DNA of 49,791 nt from an uncultured Nitrososphaeraceae archaeon (GCA_963837175.1 CAWIMJ010000043.1:1-49791), one strand, 5' to 3'. Positions 30,916 to 43,382 are shown, counted from the first letter of the stretch. The notes: a model not told the origin generated them from the letters alone. Program-made: numbers and translations.

Positions 30916-31398
30916 TTGGTAGAATGGAATGAAGTAATCAAAGCTCATTTAGTTTGGATATGGGGTGAAGAAGAGGGCTTTTTGAAGCGAGGTAAGGAAG
31001 GCATGCTTGTTATTACTGATAGGCGTATCGCTTTTATTTCAAAAACAAATATGACTTATCGAATATATGATGTACATTCGATAAGACAACTTAAACGATT
31101 CAAGGAAGGCGAAAATATATTCCGTCCATTAGAAGGATACACAGTAAAAGATTTAGAAGGTGATCTTAATAAAAGTGATGAAAATCTTGAGATTCCTTTT
31201 AGACAGATTTTAGATATCACTCAACAGGAGAAGCGGTGGGGAACGCTGTTAAAAGTTAATACTAATCTTATCGACAAATCAAAGTTATACAAGTTTTCAA
31301 TTGTTAAAGGCTGGGTAAAGTATCCACTTAAAGATCCAATTGAATTTCAGCACATGGATTGGACAGATCTTATTAATCTTTTTAAAACCTCATTATAG
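30916..31398 (+). CDS. Hypothetical protein, PH/GRAM-like fold
   Basis: EGMLVITDRRIAFI and LEIPFRQILDI patterns. Confidence 0.7.
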   Translation: MVEWNEVIKAHLVWIWGEEEGFLKRGKEGMLVITDRRIAFISKTNMTYRIYDVHSIRQLKRFKEGENIFRPLEGYTVKDLEGDLNKSDENLEIPFRQILDITQQEKRWGTLLKVNTNLIDKSKLYKFSIVKGWVKYPLKDPIEFQHMDWTDLINLFKTSL

Positions 31399-31675
31399 AG
31401 AGAGATATATAATGTTGTTTATTATTAGAATACTTTGTCTTTTAGTCTGCTTTCATAACAAAGAAAATAGAATTAATGGACTCGAAAAGGTCAGTTTGAT
31501 TTTATATTCAAGTCCAGAAATTAAAGTTATCTGAAAGATTGAAAAAAGGCCATTTGGGCTTGAACCTTTGTAGACATAGATCAGAAGAATCAGATAATAT
31601 ATGTCACGTATTAGAATAATATTACCTAAAACTGTCTTCAAATAGATATATCCTATTTTAACACGAGATTTGTAA

Positions 31676-31885
31676 ATGGTCTTAGGTACATTAGTATACA
31701 TAATCATTATCATTGTGGCTATAATAGTCATTTTGGCGCTGCTCAAATTCCTGTTCCAGTTATTCTTCATCGGCCCAACAGGAATCGAGGCTATGGATCT
31801 TGAAATCTTTAACAAAGTTATCTTGTCTTTGCAGCCGTCGAATCAGGGATATAGTGAGCTGATGACGACGATGATCAGAACGTGA
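31676..31885 (+). CDS. Small membrane protein
   Basis: Strong N-terminal TM segment LVYIIIIIVAIIVILALLKFLF. Confidence 0.65.
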   Translation: MVLGTLVYIIIIIVAIIVILALLKFLFQLFFIGPTGIEAMDLEIFNKVILSLQPSNQGYSELMTTMIRT

Positions 31886-32405
31886 TAGTGCGTCTAAAGG
31901 CGTCGTAGCATATATATAAATAGGATAGAATTTCTATTTTTCCTCTTTTTTGTATTTAGATTATTGGTAATATTATGAATATTATAGAAAGAGAGAATTT
32001 GTAATAGAATATAATGAGTATGTGAGTAGTTTTATACAGCCAAATTCTTTCTTCGCTCTATAACGGTTACAATTTTTATTTTTTTGATATCAATACTAAG
32101 GTATTCAAAATGATATGTGATCCAAATCTGGAAGTTTAATACTTGCTATATAGAGAGATATATGTAGAATTTTCATATAAGATCAAATCGCTTATAATTG
32201 TGATTGCTTTTCTTTATTACATCATTATTATTATAATAATAATAGTATGATTAATGAAGAAAATAATAGCCTTTTAGTAATGAATGAGACTTTTATAGAG
32301 AATGTAATATATGTATAAAAAGAAACAATATGCTACTATTAGAATTTTGCTTATATTGTAATTCAATAGATTGATAAATGCGATGCCACTTCACTTGTAT
32401 TTACT

Positions 32406-32879
32406 TTGTTTATTGGTGATAATGTTTTCACATCAAATGGAAAGAACATTGGCAAGATAAATAAAATAGACAATAATCATTTTACAGTATATAACCAAGG
32501 CCTTATCCAAGATGAGGAATTTCGAATTCCAATTTCTGCCATTTCACATTTTGACATAAAGGTAGGCGTAGGAGATCCATCTGTCATACTAAATGTAAAT
32601 GAAGAGCAGATTAAACATGGATATGAAATTGTAACCAAAAAACCTAATTCAGAACTTGTAAATGGTAAAGACAATAATTCTCAATATAAAATACCACTAG
32701 AAAAGGAAGTGATACACTATGAAACAGTACAGCATTTTGAGGAAAATGTTGTTTCTTCTACTGATAAACTCCCTTCTCGGGAAGAGTATATTTGTGATAT
32801 GTGTATGGAAATATTTAACAATCCTGACAATTTGCAGCAACACCGAGTAGAGAAGCATTCTGCTCCAACTGGAATTTGA
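32406..32879 (+). CDS. PRC-barrel-like protein with C-terminal C2H2 zinc finger
   Basis: IGDNVFTSNGKNIGKI...FRIPISAI; YICDMC-x12-H-x4-H. Confidence 0.75.
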   Translation: MFIGDNVFTSNGKNIGKINKIDNNHFTVYNQGLIQDEEFRIPISAISHFDIKVGVGDPSVILNVNEEQIKHGYEIVTKKPNSELVNGKDNNSQYKIPLEKEVIHYETVQHFEENVVSSTDKLPSREEYICDMCMEIFNNPDNLQQHRVEKHSAPTGI

Positions 32880-33618
32880 GTTACACTATTAGGCCCTCCA
32901 ATTATTGTATTTTAATTCTTTCATATAGGTTGTTGTTTAGAAATATAATTAATATCTGCCTGATGAGAGCCATATATACTGCCTAACATAATTTCGTATA
33001 TCTTTTAAAACCAAGTAAAAGGATTTTTTAAGCATAGTAAACCTTACATATTAAGAAAAATCTGTAAACGAACTTTGTTAGTTAGTATAGTTACTTTCTT
33101 CTTTCATAAACGCTTTGTACTCCGTAGTCATAGACTTAACTACTAATACTATCACTACTACTGTGGCTGGTTCTAAGATGTTTCTCCTATTGTTGTACAA
33201 ATAGAAGAAATCTGTGAGATTATTATTATTAAGCTGGATAGTATAATATGTACTATGTATTGTAAATCTTGATAATTCAGTTGAAGTAATATCTTAATTA
33301 AGCCAATTTGATGTTGTAATTAATAGTGAAAAAATGAATTATAATAATCTTCTATGAATAGTTTCATTGAGAGTACCTTTGGTAATTTCTTCTGATGATA
33401 TTAACTAGCGATATACATTACATTCTTAATGATAAAATAACGCTATGATAGATTCAAATTTTTAGCTATTTGTATTTTACCTACCCATTATACGAACTTT
33501 GATTTACTTAACCTTATTTTATCTATAAAAAGTTGAATCTGCATCACCACGGCTAACAACTTCTACTACATATATTATTCATGAAGACGACTATTGATCA
33601 TAAAAATGTATTATACAC

Positions 33619-35169
33619 TTATACACTGATTATTTCTTTTATAAATAAGCTACTATCCAATTTAGAAAATCTTTCCAATTCTATTTTTGCACCAGGTTTC
33701 ATAATCTCCCGCAAATGCTTTCCTGCGTTCTCATCTGTCCACCAGTTTTCCCCAAACTTATTTTGCAGATAAATATCTAGTTCTTTAGCCCGGACGGCTG
33801 CAAGTAAGTAACTCGGAACATACATTATTGCGTCTGGAAGAATATGATGAAGCATCCAATATTCACCTGGCATTTCAAATCCTGTATATTCTTTAATTAA
33901 CTTAGAATAAAGTACATTTGCATCTTCAATTGAAAGATTTTTGCGCCAGTATTCTGCTTTCATTAATGAATTTGCAGTATAGAATGTGACAAAAAATAGT
34001 TCCATAAAGTTGTTACGGCTCGCTAATTCGTGGCGGATATTTTCATCCTTGATCCCAAGGACGGATTCCAAATAATTACTATTCTTAGTCAGTCTCTCTA
34101 TAAGGATTGAAAATATCTCTGCAATGCCCATTGAAAAACTGTATCTATTCCAATATTCTAGTGATGCATCAATTGAGGTTGCATGTATAGCGTGACCAGT
34201 TTCATGGAAACATCCTTGAAGATCAAAATATGGACTTTCAGTTTTATATAATACACGAATATCATTTGGTACTTGGATGAAGAAACAAATAGGAGATGGA
34301 TATTTGTTCTTTCTGTTATCCACATCAAAATTAATTTTAGATAAATCGAATTGAATTAGTTCAAGTGTCTTTTTTACTTCTACAAGAGGATCAACTCCTG
34401 AAAAATGCTTTTCCATGTCAGAATAAACCTTATTACGGAAGAAGTAAAAGTCGTCGTAATATTCTGCTTCTCTTTCCAGAACCTTTTCAGAAACATTGGT
34501 AAGAGCCTCTCTAAAAGGTTTCTTTGCTTGCTGACCCATAGATTTTACAAATTGAATTAATTGTGAATATGATAATTTTTCATTTTCTAAATATCCATCA
34601 AGTGGGCTCATATTTGTTTTGCTTGTTTTACCAGGTTCATTACCATCACTACCTTTGCTGCTACTTATATCACTATTATTATTATCATCATCATCTCTGT
34701 CCCTTTCGCTGATACTCTTTCCATATTTAGAATACACTTCTTTTATGGCAGAAAAGCGCCTTTCTATAATTGGTGCAATGTATTTTGTCTTCACAATAAA
34801 TTCATCGAATACATGCTTACGTTTCAAAGAATCTTTTTCAATACCGTTGAATTGTCGCCATGTACTCCAATTAACAGGGACTTTGTCAAACTTGTATTTT
34901 GAAGAAATAATTTTTTTATTTTTTAAATTATGTAATTTGAGTTCAAGTTCCTTTGTCTTTGAATCTGCAATGCTTTCTATTGTATTAAGATAAATTTCTC
35001 TTGGCTCTGAAAATGAACGCAAAAAGATCTGGGCATTACGCAATTTCATATCCGCGAGTTGTTTTATTACCTCCTCGCTATAGTCAAAACCAGCATATTG
35101 TTTATAACGTTCATCGGCTTCTGCAATATATATACGCTCATCAATTTCACACCATTGCTTTAAATTCAT
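33619..35169 (-). CDS. M3/M32-like zinc metallopeptidase
   Basis: HETGH (HExxH) with downstream GIAEIFS and YVPSYLLA. Confidence 0.8.
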   Translation of the reverse strand: MNLKQWCEIDERIYIAEADERYKQYAGFDYSEEVIKQLADMKLRNAQIFLRSFSEPREIYLNTIESIADSKTKELELKLHNLKNKKIISSKYKFDKVPVNWSTWRQFNGIEKDSLKRKHVFDEFIVKTKYIAPIIERRFSAIKEVYSKYGKSISERDRDDDDNNNSDISSSKGSDGNEPGKTSKTNMSPLDGYLENEKLSYSQLIQFVKSMGQQAKKPFREALTNVSEKVLEREAEYYDDFYFFRNKVYSDMEKHFSGVDPLVEVKKTLELIQFDLSKINFDVDNRKNKYPSPICFFIQVPNDIRVLYKTESPYFDLQGCFHETGHAIHATSIDASLEYWNRYSFSMGIAEIFSILIERLTKNSNYLESVLGIKDENIRHELASRNNFMELFFVTFYTANSLMKAEYWRKNLSIEDANVLYSKLIKEYTGFEMPGEYWMLHHILPDAIMYVPSYLLAAVRAKELDIYLQNKFGENWWTDENAGKHLREIMKPGAKIELERFSKLDSSLFIKEIISV

Positions 35170-35297
35170 TTATAGAAACGAAAGGTTATGATCAAATGAC
35201 CAATTTTAAGTTTAACGTACACTCTAACAATAATCTTGCATGTTACATCTTAGCCAAATGTTTCAAAGAAACGTTGTATAGGATAATTGTTTCAATG

Positions 35298-35336
35298 TCT
35301 CTCTCCCTCTCTCCCTCTCTCCCTCTCTATCTCTTC
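35298..35336. repeat. Polypyrimidine microsatellite (CTCTCCCT)x3
   Basis: 39-nt pyrimidine tract with a single A. Confidence 0.8.
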
Positions 35337-35480
35337 GTTAATTCACAGTTGCTCTAACGATAAAGTATTGGAGGGATAAGGTGTTGGAGGAATATATGTA
35401 TGGTAACATTAATGGGCTGTCAATGGCAAGACATAATTACAATAGATGCGCACATAGAACGGCTTGTGATATCTAGGGAT

Positions 35481-35894
35481 ATGGTAGGAGATGATCATCT
35501 TCATATCGATAAGGACGACCAAATAGTCAATTGGTTGATTAAATCTATGAAGGTTGTGGAAGAGGGTATAATCAAGATATACATTAAAGACCAGTCTGCA
35601 GCTCAGATAAGTCTTAGCGATAATTTGATAACGGTAGATCTCTTAGAACCTGAATTTTTCAGAACTTCGGAGGAAATAGGGCTTTTTGATAAACTAAAAA
35701 CTGCAAAAGAATTTGCTCAGAAACTCACAGATAATGGATTGACTATATCTTTTCTTAGGAAAGGGAAAGATGCAATAAGTTTAGGAAAGGATGCCAAGCC
35801 AACTCTATCTAGATTAATTACAAGAAGCGATGACATACAAATAGATAGTGTAAAAGAAATTACTAATCTCAAACGTGATCTTAAAGAGGACTAA
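35481..35894 (+). CDS. Hypothetical protein
   Basis: Natural composition; ATG at 35481 preferred, although the ORF is open from 35400. Confidence 0.7.
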   Translation: MVGDDHLHIDKDDQIVNWLIKSMKVVEEGIIKIYIKDQSAAQISLSDNLITVDLLEPEFFRTSEEIGLFDKLKTAKEFAQKLTDNGLTISFLRKGKDAISLGKDAKPTLSRLITRSDDIQIDSVKEITNLKRDLKED

Positions 35895-36507
35895 ATTGGT
35901 ATTTGGTATTTGGAATAACAACTGCTAAATAACAAAAATTCAAGTTTCAGCTTTTTAATAATAATATTCTTTTAATAGAATTTTTGCATTTTCAAATCTC
36001 TCAAAAATAAAAGAAAGTTATCACGCATCTAATGTTTCCTATAGGTGTGTCTAAAAATGGCAAGAGTAGATCATAGAAAATAATAATAAGCCAAATAAAA
36101 AAGACTTGACACTCTATAACTCAGAAGCTTCAAAGAGAATAGCAAATGTAAGTACAAAATGAAAGCAAAGTTATGCAATTAAAGTATCTCATTAATGAAA
36201 GGAATTGTTATATCCAAGTCACATATCTTATTTGGCATAAAAATTTTATTTGACTATTCACGGAGTAAGCTTATGCTAAAAATATGTCTATCTTGATAAC
36301 AGTGTCTTGCAGCATCATACAGAGGTCTAATAATAAAACACACATATTATTATCTATTTAGGAAACCAAAACTATATTAATAATAACTGCTACTCATTTA
36401 GTAAAATCAATTACTCCATAACTCTTTTCTATGTTTAGAAAATATCACTACTTAGTTATGCAATTATGACATTGTAGTTTAACGTCATTTTTTCAACCTA
36501 ATTTATA

Positions 36508-37188
36508 ATGACGACGAACTTTAGCAATAATTGGATCAAAGAAAACAGACTAAATACAGCTGAAAGAATAAAAGAGAGTGTAAGAACACAGACACCTCTG
36601 AAGTCAAAGATTGAATTTGCAAAGAATAGGCTTCAAGCACAAAATCAGAAAATGGATACTATGTTAGAGAAATTAAGAGGAAAAGAAAAAACTTACTTTA
36701 ACCAAGTTGTAGCATCTGTTCAAAAACATGACGTACAGCAAGGTAAGATGTTATCAAATGAATTAGCACAGATTCGAAAAACAGCTAAGACTATTTCACA
36801 GTTAAAGATCTCCCTTGAACAGATACAAATGAGATTAGAATCGACGCTTGATATTGGAGACGTAATGGTAGCGATAGGACCAGCAATGGGAGCATTGACA
36901 CGGGTGAAAGCCGGATTGTCATCTGTAATGCCAGAGGTAGACACTGAATTAGGCGAAATCAATGGAGTATTTAGCGACATTATGATAAATGCAGGAAGCA
37001 TGAGCAACAATTCTTTTGCATTTGATGCCAGCGGTGAAGATGTTGATAGAATTTTGGCTGAAGCAGGTGCAGTTGCAGAATCTAGAATGAATGCGAGCTT
37101 TCCGGATATACCGATGGGATCATTTGGTAGTAATAGTAATAGTAGTAGCAGCAATTCTAGAAGTTCAATAGATGAACACTCTCAATAG
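36508..37188 (+). CDS. cdvB: ESCRT-III/Snf7-family protein (CdvB paralog)
   Basis: Snf7 core LSNELAQIRK...LEQIQMRLEST...GDVMVAIGPAM...VMPE...ILAEA...FPDIP. Confidence 0.88.
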   Translation: MTTNFSNNWIKENRLNTAERIKESVRTQTPLKSKIEFAKNRLQAQNQKMDTMLEKLRGKEKTYFNQVVASVQKHDVQQGKMLSNELAQIRKTAKTISQLKISLEQIQMRLESTLDIGDVMVAIGPAMGALTRVKAGLSSVMPEVDTELGEINGVFSDIMINAGSMSNNSFAFDASGEDVDRILAEAGAVAESRMNASFPDIPMGSFGSNSNSSSSNSRSSIDEHSQ

Positions 37189-37759
37189 AATCAAATGTTA
37201 ACCTCAGAATAGGTTAGTTACAATAGAAATCCCTTATCCACAGGTAACAGGATACAGCCTCCATAGGCTCTCTTTCTTATTTAAGACTTTTTTTCAAACC
37301 TCAATTTCTTAATCAATTATCATCATAGATGTACATTCATTAATACATTCATTAGATTTGTCATATTTCCTCATAGAAAAGTGAGAGCCAAAATATACGC
37401 TCTCCCAACATAAGAGATGATTAGAAAAAAAGTAATTGTTATTTTTTTTCATTCAATGAGTAATTCTAGCCAAGGTTTCTAGACAATAAAAAAACTCAAG
37501 CTTTTGACCCCAACACATGTTTATCATATTAATTTTTCATCTGATTAAAAATACTAAATTCACTAACCATTGGTTGGTACTACTTTATAGAGTGATCAAG
37601 TAATTTTTATCTTTAATGTTTTCTCATACCTTTCGAATTCTTTTTATTATATCAACAAAATAATTTCATCCTCATCCATAGCTTGTTGCTGCTGTAAGGA
37701 TATTTAGAATCTTTTTCTTAGCAAATATAAGTTAGAAATAATATAGTAGCGCTTCACAT

Positions 37760-38074
37760 TTGTATATCATGGAATCACTTGATGTTTTACCACCTGAAAA
37801 AATTGCATTTATTGCATACAATATTGGAGTTTTTGAATCGGTCCAAAAGTTTGGCCACTTAATTACAAGCGGAAAGATCATCAATGGCATGGATGTATCA
37901 AAAGTAGCAGAGCTTCTTTCAGAATCACAGGCATTTTATGATGCAGAGATGATATCCCAACTTATTAACTCAATGCTACAATACACACAAAATTCACTTA
38001 TCGGAAATGTTACAGCTGCACAGGTAAATTATGTAATGAAACAGTTAAAAGCTACTGGTGTTCCTCTGCCATAA
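37760..38074 (+). CDS. Hypothetical protein
   Basis: 104-aa ORF with natural composition; ATG at 37769 is a likely start. Confidence 0.7.
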   Translation: MYIMESLDVLPPEKIAFIAYNIGVFESVQKFGHLITSGKIINGMDVSKVAELLSESQAFYDAEMISQLINSMLQYTQNSLIGNVTAAQVNYVMKQLKATGVPLP

Positions 38075-38290
38075 TGATAACTACTATATTATTATAATTC
38101 TATTATTAATATTACTATATATTACTACTAAATCAGACAAACAGAAAGATATTGTGTCTTTCAACTATATATCAAAAGGCTTTCATAATTTAAGGAAAAG
38201 TTTATCAGTAAATACATTGTATTCTTTCTTTCTCTTAATATCTAAAATAATAAATATGTTATCTTTTGAAGAATATAGCTGAAGTATTAA

Positions 38291-38708
38291 TTGCTATTTG
38301 GAGCGGAGGGTGTGATGCTGTCTATGCCGACTCCAAGGAGCACGATTCTGACGAAAATATCTGAATGCGCTAGAGGATTTGACTTAGGAAAGGTGAGAGG
38401 ACTAGTTAAGGTAGACAATGTTCCTATTGCTAAATTGGGTGTTGTAGATTATAAGGACAAATACTATGCAGAATGTAACTGAAATATATACTAAAGGATT
38501 TAATATCAATCTACCAACTAACACCCACATCTCAACTGTCAAGTATGGTACATTTCCTGCCACGGTACATGGGTGGTTTGTCTTCTTAAAACGGCTTCCT
38601 CCTGGAGAGCATACAATATACCTCCAAAATATTGTAGATCCGACGACCCTTAGTGGTGCGACGAATGTTAATAGAGCAGAGATTACATATCATCTTAGGG
38701 TGGAATAA
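38291..38708 (+). pseudogene. Truncated, frameshifted remnant of a beta-rich, probably secreted protein
   Basis: ECARGFDLG...VKVDNVPIAKL / NVTEIYTKGFNI...HGWFVFLKRLPPGEHTIY...EITYHLRVE split over two frames with no N-terminus. Confidence 0.55.
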
Positions 38709-39520
38709 AAGTATGATAGAGATTTGATGGATTTACTTTTTTTGGTCGGTAAGTATCAGCAGTACTTTCTCTTATACGGCTAAGTTACTACATGATGTTC
38801 GCATTAGTAGCTTTAATATTATCCATCTTGTTCGTCGTACCTACGCGATGATGGTGATTAATGCTCCTGCAAGTATATGTCTAGACTTGAATTAATAGAT
38901 TGAACTTTTTGTATTGTTTTCGCTTTGACGGAAACAATTATTGATACACACCCTAAAAATATTGTCAGCTTACAAGAGCATATATCAATAAGACAAAACT
39001 GACAAATGAATGGGCAAGGAATTTCAAGTCAAAGAGAAGCCTTTACGTACTAAAAACAAAAACTATTATGCTGATTAAAACAAGAATAGATTACAACGAA
39101 CATATCCTCCAAGATGTATGGCTTTCCTTTTGAAATCACATGATTGGCAGAAGCATTGTATTTCTCTTATCTTGTGAGATGCTTTATTACCAGATAACAG
39201 TACCAAATGTCTGAGTAAAAATATCTAGAATACAGTCATCTGTGACGGCAAATAAATAAAATGAAATATTACAAATGATTATTATTCCTTATCTGAGATT
39301 ATACAATGAGTATAATGCGTAAAAATCTAGGATTCAAATAAAAACTATAACAGAATATAAAATATTTATCCATACATCTAGGAGATTTCTACCCACTAAT
39401 AATGCAGCAGCACAATAATAAGACAATTATCCATATGAAATTGACTACTATCTTTGATCCAAACCCATTTTATTAAATAAATACGGCAAGTTCTTCATTT
39501 TTAATTATTGTGTATCTACA

Positions 39521-40291
39521 CTACACTAACAGATTTCTTTTTCGCATAATACCGATAATCTCTTCATGACTAACGGGATCGTAATTTTGATAATATTGTT
39601 CAACTGTTTTAAAGGAAGATGAAGATGGACTAATGATAACTTCAACAATATCAGCTTCAGCCTTCAATATATTTAATGTATGTAATGAGGCAACAGGAAG
39701 ACCAATTATTAAAAGATCCGGTTTTCTGCTTCTTATAGATCTGGCAGCAGCAATAATTGTTGCTCCTGTTGCAGCGCCATCGTCAATTAAAATTACTGTT
39801 TTGTCTTTGATCTCATAATTTCTTCCCATTTTGCCACTATATATAGCCGCTCTACGTCTAATCTCTTCCTTCGTGAGCGATGTCTCATTTTTGATATATT
39901 CTTCTGATATTTTCAGCTTGTCAAGAATTTTTTGATCAAGATACCTAGTATCATCTTCCATAATTGCACCTATTGCATTTTCTTCATCTTTAGGTGCTAG
40001 CAGTTTCTTTCCAATGATAATATCAAAATCCGCAGATAATTTTTTAGCCACTATATCTGCTATTGTAACTCCTCCTCTAGGAATTCCTAAAACAAGAACG
40101 TGGTGTTTGTTGTAATCCTTGTGGTTGAGCTTGTTTTTTAAAATATCGGCCAATATATTAGCTGCGGTTGCTCTGTCTCTGAAGCGTAATTGCAACTTTG
40201 ATCTCGCAATATGAAGAGCAGCAAATGTTGCTGCGATACCTCCGGTTACTATAAGACCAGCCACGATTGCAAAGGTTTTAACGTTCTTCAT
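39521..40291 (-). CDS. Phosphoribosyltransferase-family protein
   Basis: FRDR...VLGIPRGG...VILIDDGAATGAT...QYYQNY; N-terminal hydrophobic extension. Confidence 0.92.
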   Translation of the reverse strand: MKNVKTFAIVAGLIVTGGIAATFAALHIARSKLQLRFRDRATAANILADILKNKLNHKDYNKHHVLVLGIPRGGVTIADIVAKKLSADFDIIIGKKLLAPKDEENAIGAIMEDDTRYLDQKILDKLKISEEYIKNETSLTKEEIRRRAAIYSGKMGRNYEIKDKTVILIDDGAATGATIIAAARSIRSRKPDLLIIGLPVASLHTLNILKAEADIVEVIISPSSSSFKTVEQYYQNYDPVSHEEIIGIMRKRNLLV

Positions 40292-40448
40292 ATTGAATAA
40301 TATTGAGATTGGGATAGAGCATATGAAATAAGAGTTGCTCTGTATTCTTTACAAATTCTAAAATCCTTAGTTACTATAAAGTGATTAAATCATCAAACAA
40401 GAACATACAGAAAAATATAAAAATAAGGAAAGATCTCAAAGCTAGCTG

Positions 40449-40547
40449 CTATTCGGCAAATACATCATGGGGCCTTTTAGATAGCATACCACAGTTGTTA
40501 CAGGAACTAGATCCTGTCGAGTTGATATTACCACAGTTAGGACACGG
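40449..40547 (-). pseudogene. Zinc-ribbon remnant
   Basis: PCPNCGNINSTGSSSCNNCG preceded by an in-frame TAA. Confidence 0.45.
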
Positions 40548-41036
40548 TTATTCCTCATATTTCTGAAATAATGAAGTAACTAATGGTTCTGATAATTTTT
40601 TAAATATCAGAGCCGGAATTTCTCATGTTAACACAATACCGTAGTTATTATCATAAACACATCGCATCGAAACTTTTAGTTAACATTTTTTTGCTAGCAA
40701 TTTGATTCACTATCTAATGCAAAAAGATGCCAAATTGTTAGCACTTTTCTGAAATCTCCTAAAAATCAGTACTACTCTCACTTGGAATGGTGATTGGGCA
40801 GATAATATTACGTGTGGTAAAGCGATTCAACACCACTTTAAAGAAAGTATCAAGTCAGAAAATACATTTGTAAGCATAAGATAAATAATTTTGATATTTT
40901 TAGAATATAGCCAAGAATTTAATATATAAAAATATTTTATCTATAAGATAAAAATCTATACTATTAGTAATACTATTACTATACTACCATATCTAATGAG
41001 CCTATATATCATTAAATCGAATTAACTTATTCAAAC

Positions 41037-41393
41037 ATGGTTAGACAAAAAAAGAGGCAATATGGTGTATTAATTATTTCAACTTATCCAGATGAAGAAT
41101 CTGTTGTAAAGGTGGCTAAAATGTTGGTTGCTAATAAAAAACTTTGTGCATGCGTAAATTTTGCAAAGGTAAGATCTTTGTATTCTTGGAAAAATAAACT
41201 TGAAGATCAAGAGGAATTTATTGCGCTATTTAAAACAACAAATTTAACTGCAAATAAACTAAAGTTTGAAATTAATAATAGCCATCCGTATGAGGTACCA
41301 GAAATCGTGGAATTAAAAATGAATGATGTGTCAAAAGGATATCTATCATGGATGATAGGGTCAATAATAAAAACAAAAACAAAAACAACATAA
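41037..41393 (+). CDS. cutA: Divalent-cation tolerance protein CutA
   Basis: KLCACVN, SLYSW, E-x-E, HPYEVPEI, YLSW. Confidence 0.95.
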   Translation: MVRQKKRQYGVLIISTYPDEESVVKVAKMLVANKKLCACVNFAKVRSLYSWKNKLEDQEEFIALFKTTNLTANKLKFEINNSHPYEVPEIVELKMNDVSKGYLSWMIGSIIKTKTKTT

Positions 41394-41456
41394 AAGCAAA
41401 ATTAAAAAATAACATAATAGAATTGTATCATATCAATCAGAAAACAATGGTTCATC

Positions 41457-42540
41457 TCATCGAATTGAATAGCGAAGTAAGGCTACTATACCACCAAGCG
41501 ATGAAACTCGCCATCCAATATCAGTAGATGAATCCACTGCAAAACTCTTTGCTCCATGACTTTCAATTAAATTTAAAAGTTTTACTACATCATTTTCATC
41601 TGTAGTTTTAAAAATAGAATCGGAGAATACTAGATATTCTATAGCTTTGATTGATGCAGCATTGGATACTTCTTGCATTCCCATGGCATACTTTGCTTCA
41701 CTATTATGTACAAGTCCGCATTACCTCATCTAATATTGATGAGACAGTTGCTAGTTTACTTGAGCTCATTGCTTCTTTAATAGCAGAAGAACGTAGAAAA
41801 ACAAAAATCCCATCTTCGCCCGCAACATCTACGCCATCTATTATTGATACCTTGCCTTTTTCTAATTTCTGCTTAACTACAAGTAAATTGTAAAACCTGC
41901 GTTTGGTTTCACCAGGACCAAATATTATTATTGTGCTGTTATTATCTGCTGCTGAAAAGATACTTTGAACTGTTTTAGCAATATCCTCAAAGAAAATTTC
42001 TATGTTAGGATTATTTTTTGCAGCATGCTGATATCGTTTACCACTCTGTCCTGAATAGATATTAGGAATTATCTTTAAATGGGTGCCGGAGATCTTTGCA
42101 ACAGCTGCTTCCTGTGCATCAATTGCTACTAAGATGAAATTTGTGCTATTACCTGATCTTCTTAAAATATTTGTCTCAACATCATTCCATTTTCTATTCT
42201 TGTCAATTGTGATTGTGTCACCTACTTGTACTGTTAGAGAATGATGTGTTCCTCTAGGTACAAGCTCGTTATCAGTGTTTGTTATTATGCCTGTTATCCG
42301 CAGTCTATCTACCATGTCATCAAGGCTAATATTCTCAACTCTAATCGAAACTCGCACTTTGATTCGCTCTCCTTTATCAGGTCTGGCATATTCTTGCACC
42401 CTTTTGATGACTCTTGTAGTGTCAGCAAAGATTTGATCTCCATTTTCTATTATTCTCCTTAAGGTAAAAAGGTCGTCTGCATCTTCTGGAATTGCAAAAT
42501 AAGCTTTGCCAGAAGATTCTTTTGCTTCTTTAATAATCAT
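41457..42540 (-). CDS. pelA: Pelota (aPelota/Dom34) ribosome-rescue factor; 1-nt insertion near 41716
   Basis: PEDADDLFTLRRII..GD, RLRITG, GTHHSL, SGKRY, FGPG, LGGIVALLRY; the frames join as DEVMR-LVHNSEAKYAMGMQEV. Confidence 0.92.
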
Positions 42541-43049
42541 TAGATCATACTTTGCTCTTTCTCATCATATTTTACACTAATTTTTTCATTAGTTACAGGA
42601 GCTGTAGATGAAGACGATGATGATGATGCCTTACTCCCTTCTTTGGTTTGAGTCGTTTTTAGATAATTATTGACCCATTCTTGTGTTAACACTCCTGATT
42701 CTACTAGATTTACTAATGCATTGGCTGAAGCATCGCCTTGTACCTTGCCTGATTTTCTTCTGGTCTGTCTCCATTTAAGTTGGGTATTACCACTCTTCGA
42801 TGAATATATTATTCCAAGAATTTCTTTAGCATTTACAAAGGTCATTTCACGTATCTTTTTCAATGTCACTTTATCGGCTGCTTCAATATAGATTGCTCCA
42901 GGACCTTCTTCACGCTCTGGAAATACTTCGTAATCCCGCAGATAACTTTCAGGAATAAATGATCTGCACGTACTAACTATGATAAACTTTCTAAAACTCT
43001 CAAGCGATGCGGTAGTTTCTATGCGAACCAATCTAATTATGAAAACCAT
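42540..43049 (-). CDS. Hypothetical protein, translationally coupled to pelota
   Basis: Stop overlaps the pelota ATG by 1 nt; globular N-terminal part and Ser-rich tail. Confidence 0.75.
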   Translation of the reverse strand: MVFIIRLVRIETTASLESFRKFIIVSTCRSFIPESYLRDYEVFPEREEGPGAIYIEAADKVTLKKIREMTFVNAKEILGIIYSSKSGNTQLKWRQTRRKSGKVQGDASANALVNLVESGVLTQEWVNNYLKTTQTKEGSKASSSSSSSTAPVTNEKISVKYDEKEQSMI

Positions 43050-43382
43050 TTAGCCACTTATCAAGTTTATGACATTGATAGATATATGAGAATTTGAAAA
43101 AGAAGAGAATGTTACTTTCATAATGATTTATACTAATGTAGAGGCTGATATACCCTTTATAATATTAGATTCAAGCTTATGAAGCTTTATTTATATATCC
43201 ACTTACCACAGTCGACTTCTATAACCCACTACTATTATACTAAAAAGAATTACTCCCGAACTGTAATGGCAGATATCCTGTTTTACTGACTGTACGCTCC
43301 CCCTTAATATCTTTGATTTGTATAATGACGAAGCTCGCTTCTAAATAAGAATAACAAGTAACATTATCGACATTGAAACGGT

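Noticed and set aside
32950-33600. Possible decayed minus-strand gene
   Set aside because: Multiple stops and no identifiable family.
38760-39500. Long spacer that might hide a gene or mobile element
   Set aside because: Only short broken frames; no terminal inverted repeats or transposase motifs seen.
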